A program made the position numbers and the translations under genes. DNA of 64,000 nucleotides from positions 10,568 through 74,567 of the forward strand of contig CABYVI010000002.1 of assembly GCA_902522415.1 (NCBI GenBank). The letters are read 5' to 3'. This DNA is from an uncultured SAR116 cluster alpha proteobacterium. Its GTDB lineage: Bacteria > Pseudomonadota > Alphaproteobacteria > Puniceispirillales > GCA-002684695. The notes under the pieces were generated by a model, which was not told the DNA's origin, ran no database searches, and worked only from the letters and a program-made list of their open reading frames with translations. Within the stretch, counting starts at the first letter, position 1, and the number at the start of each line of letters is the position of its first letter. This document shows positions 56,740-64,000 of the stretch, one piece after another.

Positions 56740-57630
56740 TTAAGTTACTATTTGGCCTTTAATCATTCCAATAAGCGCATTTTCTTCCATCCTGAAAGAT
56801 CTATTTTTTTTTACTACCATTTGATAATTTCTTGGCGGTAAACTTAAAGAAGTTGCTTTAAGCAAGCCTGTTTCCAAAGCAAGAGATACAACATGCCTTG
56901 AAATAAGTGTTACACCAACTCCTGCAATTACTGCCTCTCTAACAGACTCATTGCTTGGGAGTTCTAAAACAATATCTAAATCAGACCAAGAAATTTTATT
57001 TTGAATCACAAGATCTTCTAATACCTTTCTTGTTCCTGAACCTTTTTCTCTTACGATCCATGGTAATTTCGATATATTATTTAAGTTTTCTGATAGTCCT
57101 AATGAAGCCCAACGAGAAACTGAAGCTACTAAGGCTATTTGATCATGATCAACTTTAATAAATCTAAGTTCATCAGAAAAAACTTCGGCTTCCACAAAAC
57201 CAATGTCAACCTTTCCATTTACAACTGCTTTTTCTACATTGCTTGTATTTGTCATTGTTAAATGTAACGCCACTTCAGGGTGTCTTGCGTGGAACAATGC
57301 AAGTTTTCTAGGAAGCCAATAATTTGCAATTGTTTGACTAGCAGCAATTTTTAAACTACCAACAGTTTTTTCACTTAAAGACCTGAGATATTTTGTTGCA
57401 CTTTTCGCACTTGCAATGGCACTTTGAGCTTCTGGAAGGAAACGTTTACCTACTTCAGAAAGGATAATCGAACGACCAACCCTTTCAAAGAGTTTTACTT
57501 GATATATATTTTCTATTGAAGCAATTGATGCTGATGCAGCAGACTGAGTAATGCCAAGCAAATCTGCTGCTTTAGTAACGTTTCCCACTTCAGCAATAGC
57601 TAGAAATATTTTAAGCTGATTCAAAGTCAT
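56740..57630 (-). CDS. LysR-family transcriptional regulator
   Basis: 296 aa. wHTH LNQLKIFLAIAEVGNVTKAADLLGITQSAASASIASIE. Divergent from the molybdoenzyme operon and followed 6 nt later by the GNAT gene. Confidence 0.85.
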   Translation of the reverse strand: MTLNQLKIFLAIAEVGNVTKAADLLGITQSAASASIASIENIYQVKLFERVGRSIILSEVGKRFLPEAQSAIASAKSATKYLRSLSEKTVGSLKIAASQTIANYWLPRKLALFHARHPEVALHLTMTNTSNVEKAVVNGKVDIGFVEAEVFSDELRFIKVDHDQIALVASVSRWASLGLSENLNNISKLPWIVREKGSGTRKVLEDLVIQNKISWSDLDIVLELPSNESVREAVIAGVGVTLISRHVVSLALETGLLKATSLSLPPRNYQMVVKKNRSFRMEENALIGMIKGQIVT

Positions 57631-57770
57631 CCTAATTCATAACATAAATCGATTGTTTTGACAATAATAACTCATTAGACTTGTTAATAAAATTTATTTA
57701 AATAATAAACAGTCCATAGTTTTATAAATTTTGAAACCTAAGTAAAACGTTTAATTTTTTTTGAATTTTT

Positions 57771-60659
57771 ATGTCATTTGAGCCAGTTATAGAAAAATCC
57801 CCAAAAGTTTCAGATGAAATTAAAAAAACAACTTGTTACATGTGTGCTTGCCGATGTGGAATAAACGTCCATATTCGCGATAACAAGATTAGATATATAG
57901 AAGGTAATAAAGACCACCCAATAAACAAAGGTGTTTTATGTGCAAAGGGTTCAGCTGGAATAATGCAGCATTATTCCCCTGCTCGCTTAAAGTCCCCAAT
58001 GAAAAGGATTGGTCCAAGGGGGTCAGGCAAATTTGAACCTATTACTTGGGATAAAGCTCTGTCAATAGCAACAGATTGGCTTGAACCAATAAGAAATAAG
58101 GATCCAAAAAAACTTGCATTCTTTACAGGGCGTGACCAATCACAGGCATTAACTGGTTGGTGGGCCCAACAATTTGGCACCCCAAACTTCGCAGCCCATG
58201 GAGGGTTTTGTTCTGTTAACATGGCTGCAGGAGGTATTTATACAATAGGAGGTGCTTTTTGGGAATTTGGAGCGCCTGATTGGAACCTTACTGAAATGTT
58301 TGTTCTTTTTGGTGTAGCTGAAGACCATGATTCAAACCCAATCAAAATTGGCTTAGGAAAATTGAAAGGCAGAGGCAAACGTGTTGTTTCAGTTAATCCA
58401 GTTCAAACCGGTTATGCTGCTATATCAGATGACTGGTATGGTATTACCCCAGGAACCGATGGTTTATTAATACTCTCTCTTATTCGTGAATTATTTCTTT
58501 CAAATAAAATTGACGTTAATTACCTCAGAAGATATACAAATTCTCCCTGGTTAGTAATCCAAAATCCGGGCAAAAATAATGATGGTCTTTTTCTTAGAGA
58601 CCAATCAGGGCAACCACAAGTTATAGACAGATTATCAGGTAAAATAGTCTCTCATAGCAAAAAAGGCATTAGTCCTGAGATGAGTGGTAAAATTAAACTA
58701 GACACTGGCGGATTTGCTATACCTGTTTTCAAAATCATGTATGATACATATATAAATAGTACTTATTCACCAGAAAATATATCAAGTAAAGTTGGTATTT
58801 CTTCCAATAGGATACGAAAATTTGCTGCCGATCTTGCTGATGCGGCTTTTTCTAGAGAGGTTGTTATTAATCAACCTTGGACTGACTGGAAAGGTGAGAA
58901 ACATAAAAAAATGATTGGCCGACCTGTCTCAATGCATGCAATGCGAGGTATCTCTGCTCACTCAAATGGTTTTCAAACTTGTAGGGCTTTGCATGTATTA
59001 CAATTAATTTTAGGATCCATAGAAGTTCCAGGTGGGTGGCGGTTTAAACCACCCTACCCTAAACCACCAGAAGCCCATCCAAAACCATCAGGTAAACCAA
59101 ATCAAGTTCAACCAGGCAAACCTCTTACTGGCCCACCTCTTGGTTACGTTTTAAGTCCTGAAGATTTGATTATAAATGAGGATGGCTCTCCTCAAAGAAT
59201 TGATAAAGCTTACAGTTGGGATGCTCCTATGTCAGCTCATGGCCTTATGCATATGGTTATCTCTAATGCTGTTGCTGGTGATCCTTATCACATTGATGTT
59301 TTATTTATGTATATGGCAAATATGGCTTGGAACTCCTCCATGAATACTAGAGGCGTAATGGAGATGCTCACCGAAAAAGATGGAGATACTGGCGAATATA
59401 AAATACCAAAAATTATTTACTCAGATGCTTATTCATCTGAAATGGTAGCTTATGCTGATTTAATTTTGCCAGATACAACTTATCTTGAGCGACATGATGC
59501 TATTTCACTATTAGATAGACCTATATGTGAGGCTGATGCAGTTGCTGACGCAATCAGATGGCCAGTATTGAAACCAGACCGAGACGTTAGAGGTTTTCAA
59601 TCAGTTCTATTAGATTTGGGAGCAAGACTTAAACTACCTGGAATGGTAAATGACGATGGTAGTGCAAAGTATAAGGATTACGCAGACTACATTATTAATC
59701 ATGAACGCAAACCCGGCATTGGCCCACTTGCAGGATTTAGAGGAAATGGTGATAAATCAGGCCGAGGGGAACCAAATCCAGGACAAATAGAATCTTATAT
59801 GTCGAATGGTGCATTTTGGCATAAAGAAATACCCGAAGAAGCAAGATATTTTAAAATGGCAAATATGGAATATCAAAAATTTGCAGTAGACATAGGTATT
59901 TTTGATAAACCTGAACCATATACATTTCAAATTTATAGTGAACCTCTACAAAAATTTCAACTTGCTGCTTTAGGACACGGAAATATTCAACCCCCTGAAA
60001 ACATGCGTGATAGAATTAAGTCTAGCTTCACTCCTTTACCTATTTGGTATGAACCTTTTGAGGGAAAAGCTGTTTTAGAAGACGAATACCCAATTCATGC
60101 ACTTACACAACGCCCAATGGCAATGTACCACTCTTGGGGATCTCAAAATCCGTGGCTTAGACAAATACATGGCCAAAACCCAATGTATATTCCTATAAGC
60201 CTCGCCATGAAACATAACTTATCAGATGGAGATTGGATTTGGGTTACTTCTCATCATGGGAAAATACGTGTTCCTATTCTAACCATGGCTGGGTTAAATA
60301 AAAAAACAATTTGGACATGGAATGCGATCGGAAAAAGAAAAGGAGCATGGCAACTTGATGAAGATGCACCAGAAGCTAAGAAGGGGTTTCTTTTAAATCA
60401 TCTTATTAAAGAATTATTACCTGCAAAAGGCGATGGTCAAAGATGGTCAAACTCAGATCCAATAACTGGTCAAGCTGCGTGGTTTGATTTAAAAGTTAAA
60501 ATAGAAAAAGCTAATATCAACGAACCTCACGAGTCATACCCTCAATTTCCTCCGTTACCCAGAGAATACGGAACTATTCAAGATCCTCCAAAAAAACTTA
60601 GGTATGGAATTGAATGGACAAAACAAAATAAAGCCCATAATAAGAGTGATAATTCATGA
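57771..60659 (+). CDS. soeA: Molybdopterin (bis-MGD) oxidoreductase catalytic subunit, no Tat signal; tentatively sulfite dehydrogenase (quinone) subunit A
   Basis: 962 aa. N-terminal [4Fe-4S] motif CYMCACRC-X27-C (C-X2-C-X3-C-X27-C) with no twin-arginine leader. Followed by ferredoxin and DmsC-like genes with 4 nt overlap and 4 nt gap. Subunit sizes (962/247/306 aa) and cytoplasmic orientation fit the described SoeABC. The Mo-enzyme call is ~0.9; the Soe assignment ~0.55. Confidence 0.6.
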   Translation: MSFEPVIEKSPKVSDEIKKTTCYMCACRCGINVHIRDNKIRYIEGNKDHPINKGVLCAKGSAGIMQHYSPARLKSPMKRIGPRGSGKFEPITWDKALSIATDWLEPIRNKDPKKLAFFTGRDQSQALTGWWAQQFGTPNFAAHGGFCSVNMAAGGIYTIGGAFWEFGAPDWNLTEMFVLFGVAEDHDSNPIKIGLGKLKGRGKRVVSVNPVQTGYAAISDDWYGITPGTDGLLILSLIRELFLSNKIDVNYLRRYTNSPWLVIQNPGKNNDGLFLRDQSGQPQVIDRLSGKIVSHSKKGISPEMSGKIKLDTGGFAIPVFKIMYDTYINSTYSPENISSKVGISSNRIRKFAADLADAAFSREVVINQPWTDWKGEKHKKMIGRPVSMHAMRGISAHSNGFQTCRALHVLQLILGSIEVPGGWRFKPPYPKPPEAHPKPSGKPNQVQPGKPLTGPPLGYVLSPEDLIINEDGSPQRIDKAYSWDAPMSAHGLMHMVISNAVAGDPYHIDVLFMYMANMAWNSSMNTRGVMEMLTEKDGDTGEYKIPKIIYSDAYSSEMVAYADLILPDTTYLERHDAISLLDRPICEADAVADAIRWPVLKPDRDVRGFQSVLLDLGARLKLPGMVNDDGSAKYKDYADYIINHERKPGIGPLAGFRGNGDKSGRGEPNPGQIESYMSNGAFWHKEIPEEARYFKMANMEYQKFAVDIGIFDKPEPYTFQIYSEPLQKFQLAALGHGNIQPPENMRDRIKSSFTPLPIWYEPFEGKAVLEDEYPIHALTQRPMAMYHSWGSQNPWLRQIHGQNPMYIPISLAMKHNLSDGDWIWVTSHHGKIRVPILTMAGLNKKTIWTWNAIGKRKGAWQLDEDAPEAKKGFLLNHLIKELLPAKGDGQRWSNSDPITGQAAWFDLKVKIEKANINEPHESYPQFPPLPREYGTIQDPPKKLRYGIEWTKQNKAHNKSDNS

Positions 60660-61399
60660 CAAGTCTACCAGATCCATCAGCCATTAAACTTGGATTAGTT
60701 ATTGATCTTGATATTTGTGTTGGCTGTCAAGCATGCGTCGTTAATTGCAAGGAATGGAATACATCTGGTTATGGCGCTCCTCTGAGCGATGAAAACCCGT
60801 ACAGTTCAAATCCAAACGGTGCTTGGTTAAACCGAGTTCATGCATATGAGGAATTTAACTCTGAAAAGGTTAAAACAGTCCATTTTCCAAAATCCTGTTT
60901 GCATTGTGAAGATGCACCTTGTGTAACTGTCTGCCCAACTGGCGCTTCATATAAACGTGCAGAAGATGGAATTGTTCTTGTCAATGAGGATTGGTGCATA
61001 GGTTGTGGACTTTGCGCATGGTCATGTCCTTACGGAGCAAGGGAAATGGATCCAGTTGAAAATGTAATGAAAAAATGCACATTGTGCGTTGATAGGATCT
61101 ACAACGATAATATACCAGAGGAAGATCGAGTTCCTGCATGTGTAAGAACTTGTCCCACAAGTGCACGTCATTTTGGTGATTTGGGTGATCCTAATTCTAA
61201 AGTCAGTAAATTAGTAGCTGAACGCGGTGGTTATGACTTGCTTCCAGAACAACAAACCAAACCTGTTAATAAATATCTTCCGCCTCAATCGAGTTGTGAA
61301 TCTAATGAAGACCAGTTTTCATTGCTTGAAATGGCAGAAAGTAATTCCCCAAAAGGATTTTGGGAGTGGATGGACAATACACTAGAGAGATTAGGTTAA
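60656..61399 (+). CDS. soeB: Four-cluster [4Fe-4S] ferredoxin subunit (DmsB/NrfC-like); tentatively SoeB
   Basis: 247 aa. CVGCQACVVNC, CLHCEDAPCVTVCP, CIGCGLCAWSCP, CTLC...CVRTCP. Confidence 0.6.
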   Translation: MTSLPDPSAIKLGLVIDLDICVGCQACVVNCKEWNTSGYGAPLSDENPYSSNPNGAWLNRVHAYEEFNSEKVKTVHFPKSCLHCEDAPCVTVCPTGASYKRAEDGIVLVNEDWCIGCGLCAWSCPYGAREMDPVENVMKKCTLCVDRIYNDNIPEEDRVPACVRTCPTSARHFGDLGDPNSKVSKLVAERGGYDLLPEQQTKPVNKYLPPQSSCESNEDQFSLLEMAESNSPKGFWEWMDNTLERLG

Positions 61400-61403
61400 G
61401 CTT

Positions 61404-62324
61404 TTGCATCCTGCTTGGTCAATAATTTTTTTTACAACCCTATCCGGACTTGGATTTGGTTTTTCAACTTGGGTTGTTTTTGGATTTATAGAAATAAGAA
61501 ATATTTTTCAACTAATAATTACAGCTGGATTTACATTTTGTTTAATTGGTTCAGGACTACTTAGCTCAACACTCCATCTTGGGCATCCAGAACGAGCTTG
61601 GAGAGCTTTAAGCCAGTGGCGTTCAAGTTGGCTATCAAGAGAGGGCATTTTATCTGTATTAGTTTTGACAGCACTAACTTATTGGTTTTTATACACTTTT
61701 AGATATGGAGAACTACCTTTACTGATAAACATAACACTTATGACTATGATTTTATTTACCGTTTACGCTACCGCTATGATTTATGCATCGTTAAAAACTG
61801 TGACATGCTGGAATCAGTTTTTAACACCAGTATGTTATTTGATGTTTGCTATTTCAGGAGGTATGTTAGCAATTACATGGCTAATGTCTATTTTTGGACA
61901 ACTAATAACTTCGAGTACCTTTCAGATTTTATTAATACTTATTTTACTTACATGGGCTTTCAAAATAAAATGGTGGTGGAATTTAGACCATAGTCAATCA
62001 GAGAGCAATCTAGCAACTGCTACAGGTCTTGGTAAATTTGGTAAAGTTCGATCATTAATGCCACCTCATACTTCAGAGAACTATTTGCAAAAGGAAATGG
62101 GGTTTGTTGTTGCGAGAAAACATGCAATTAAACTAAGAGTAATTTCATTAACTCTTGGGGGAATAATACCTTTTGCAACTATCTTAATTGGCACATCTTC
62201 CTCATTACTACTTGGTATTATTCTTTTTATACATTTAGCAGGAGTTTTTGTCGAACGTTGGTTGTTTTTTGCTGAAGCAAAACACATTGTCTCACTCTAC
62301 TACGGAGATAAAACTTCTGTTTAA
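61404..62324 (+). CDS. soeC: Eight-TM membrane anchor subunit (DmsC/NrfD-like); tentatively SoeC
   Basis: 306 aa, TTG start, about 8 hydrophobic helices. Motif LHLGHPERAWRAL after helix 2 is typical of DmsC-type anchors. Confidence 0.55.
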   Translation: MHPAWSIIFFTTLSGLGFGFSTWVVFGFIEIRNIFQLIITAGFTFCLIGSGLLSSTLHLGHPERAWRALSQWRSSWLSREGILSVLVLTALTYWFLYTFRYGELPLLINITLMTMILFTVYATAMIYASLKTVTCWNQFLTPVCYLMFAISGGMLAITWLMSIFGQLITSSTFQILLILILLTWAFKIKWWWNLDHSQSESNLATATGLGKFGKVRSLMPPHTSENYLQKEMGFVVARKHAIKLRVISLTLGGIIPFATILIGTSSSLLLGIILFIHLAGVFVERWLFFAEAKHIVSLYYGDKTSV

Positions 62325-62334
62325 CAAAATGAAA

Positions 62335-63516
62335 CTAAGCATATTGACCAGCTACATATCCTGAAGACCAGGCCCATTGAAAATTATATCCACCAAGATG
62401 GCCAGTAACATCCATAACTTCACCAATAAAGAAAAGTCCAGGATACTTTTTAGACATCATAGTTTTTGAGGATATTTCATTAGTATCTATACCACCAAGA
62501 GTAACTTCAGCAGTTCTGTATCCTTCTGTTCCTATTGGTTTGACAAACCAGTTATTAATTGAATTACTTAATTTAGATAATGACTTATTTGAAATTTCAG
62601 AAATATTACCTTTAACATTATTTTGTAAACAAATAATTGAGGCAAGACGCTTGGGAATTATTTCAGATATAATTGAAGATACGTCAATTTTAGGACTATT
62701 AGATCGTTTATCAATTAAAAATTGCAAAATATTTATATTAGGGGATAGGTTAATACTGATTTCATCTCCTAATTTCCAATATGAAGAAATTTGTAATATT
62801 GAGGGACCACTTAACCCCCTATGAGTAAATAGCATTCCCTCTTCAAAAAAAGTTTTATTATGCGAAACTACTGCTTCAAGAGAAAGACCAGCGAGACCTT
62901 TACACATTGTTAGTATTTTTTCACTAAAAGTAAGAGGCACAAGCGCAGGCATGGTTTCAATAACTTTTAAATTGAATTTTCTAGCTAAATCATAGCCGAA
63001 TTTACTTGCTCCTATTTTTGGTATAGACAAACCACCTGAAGCAATTATCAGTGACTCACAATGATAATTATTATTTCCAAAACTAACAATATATTCATTA
63101 TCAATCATATTTATATCAGTAATAAAGATTTCTTTTTTTAAAGTAACCTTTGCTTTCTCTGCTTCTAAAAGAAGCATATCAATGATTTGCTGCGCACTCT
63201 TGTCACAAAAAAGTTGCCCTAATTTTTTTTCATGAAATTTAATTTTATGACTTTCAACCAAAGAAATAAAGTTTTCATGCGAGTATTGCTTTAGTGCAGA
63301 TTTAACAAAATTTGAATTTTGAGAAATAAATTTACTGGCATCAGTATTGAGATTTGTAAAATTACATCTTCCTCCACCTGAAATTCGGATTTTCTCACCA
63401 ATTTTTTTTGCATGATCTAATAAAAGTACTTTTCTACCTCTTTTTCCAGCCTCAATGGCACTCATCATGCCTGCTGCACCAGCTCCAACAACAATTATAT
63501 TAAATTCTTTAATCAT
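62335..63516 (-). CDS. HI0933/YhiN-family NAD(P)/FAD-dependent flavoprotein
   Basis: 393 aa. IIVVGAGAAGMMSA, ISGGGRCNFTN, C-terminal GEVMDVTGHLGGYNFQWAWSSG. Confidence 0.8.
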   Translation of the reverse strand: MIKEFNIIVVGAGAAGMMSAIEAGKRGRKVLLLDHAKKIGEKIRISGGGRCNFTNLNTDASKFISQNSNFVKSALKQYSHENFISLVESHKIKFHEKKLGQLFCDKSAQQIIDMLLLEAEKAKVTLKKEIFITDINMIDNEYIVSFGNNNYHCESLIIASGGLSIPKIGASKFGYDLARKFNLKVIETMPALVPLTFSEKILTMCKGLAGLSLEAVVSHNKTFFEEGMLFTHRGLSGPSILQISSYWKLGDEISINLSPNINILQFLIDKRSNSPKIDVSSIISEIIPKRLASIICLQNNVKGNISEISNKSLSKLSNSINNWFVKPIGTEGYRTAEVTLGGIDTNEISSKTMMSKKYPGLFFIGEVMDVTGHLGGYNFQWAWSSGYVAGQYA

Positions 63517-63552
63517 AATCTTTTGTTGATACTATTTTGGTTAAAAAAAATA

Positions 63553-64000
63553 TCACTGGCTCTTCTCTCTATTAATATTTCTTTCTTTCCAAATTGGAAC
63601 CATTGAGCTCCATACACCGTCATTTTTTAAACGATGATAAATTGCAGCAATAACATGAAATGATATAAGCCAATATATTAATGAAACGAAGAATTCATGT
63701 GCACCTACAATAATATTTATTAGAAGCTCATCCCTAAAACCTAATGAAAAAAAATAACCTATCAATAAACCTGAAATTGCTATTCCTGCTAAGCATATAT
63801 ACATAGAAAGATGCACTATTTTAGCAGCAAATTTCTGAGACTTTGGTGTATCGTCAGGAATAGAAGTTTTTTGTGTTTTAGTCATATAAAAGAAACGAAA
63901 GATAAGAAATAATAAAAATACTGAAGCAAATATTATTTCAGTTCTAAAAAAAGAAATATCTTCTAACTGATTAATATCATCAACTTGTTTGTATATACCA
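63553..64000 (-). CDS. Cytochrome b561-family membrane protein; gene continues beyond the right window edge
   Basis: Track shows 110 aa from an internal Met. My translation shows the frame stays open upstream to position 64000 (GIYKQVDDINQLEDISFFRTEIIFASVFLLFLIFRFFY-MTKTQ). His-containing helices (VGAHEFF, SFHVIAAIYHRL) and the WSSM tail fit CybB-like proteins. Confidence 0.65.
   Translation of the reverse strand, partial: GIYKQVDDINQLEDISFFRTEIIFASVFLLFLIFRFFYMTKTQKTSIPDDTPKSQKFAAKIVHLSMYICLAGIAISGLLIGYFFSLGFRDELLINIIVGAHEFFVSLIYWLISFHVIAAIYHRLKNDGVWSSMVPIWKERNINREKSQ

Overview
AT-rich, very gene-dense chromosomal segment. Gene content, synteny and packing (many 1-16 nt gene overlaps, almost no intergenic DNA) look like a streamlined marine alphaproteobacterium of the Pelagibacterales/SAR11 type; this assignment is inference from sequence style, not a database hit. 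Three blocks are visible. (1) 1-26 kb is a housekeeping core: dnaE (partial), lolDE, proS, hemB, ilvA, bpt, parC, recO, era, rnc, lepB, acpS, pdxJ, spoT, rpoZ, folK, udg, smpB, dapA, then a cbb-like fbp-tkt-fba cluster with a divergent LysR regulator. (2) 26-44 kb is an accessory, hypothetical-rich stretch anchored on two tRNA genes. tRNA-Ser(GCU) at 30899-30986 is flanked by a promoter-bearing 5' half-copy 1.1 kb upstream and a decayed 3' remnant 2.4 kb downstream; between them lie two paralogous secreted proteins and a secreted SNase-type nuclease. tRNA-Leu(UAA) at 40621-40709 has its last 59 nt repeated perfectly 1.75 kb downstream, bracketing an integrase-less mini-island that encodes membrane PH-domain proteins. 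This block also holds a multi-TM + [2Fe-2S] + class III adenylate cyclase fusion. (3) 44-64 kb is a catabolic/redox block: an amidase with a small overlapping partner ORF, an M20 hydrolase, a beta-carbonic anhydrase, a four-gene dehydrogenase operon, a GST, a LysR-GNAT-MTase-like-GGCT operon, and a visibly GC-richer three-gene cytoplasmic molybdoenzyme cluster that matches the SoeABC sulfite dehydrogenase architecture. I saw no rRNA, CRISPR array, transposase or integrase. All calls come from reading the supplied ORF translations and the DNA by eye; no searches or computations were run.
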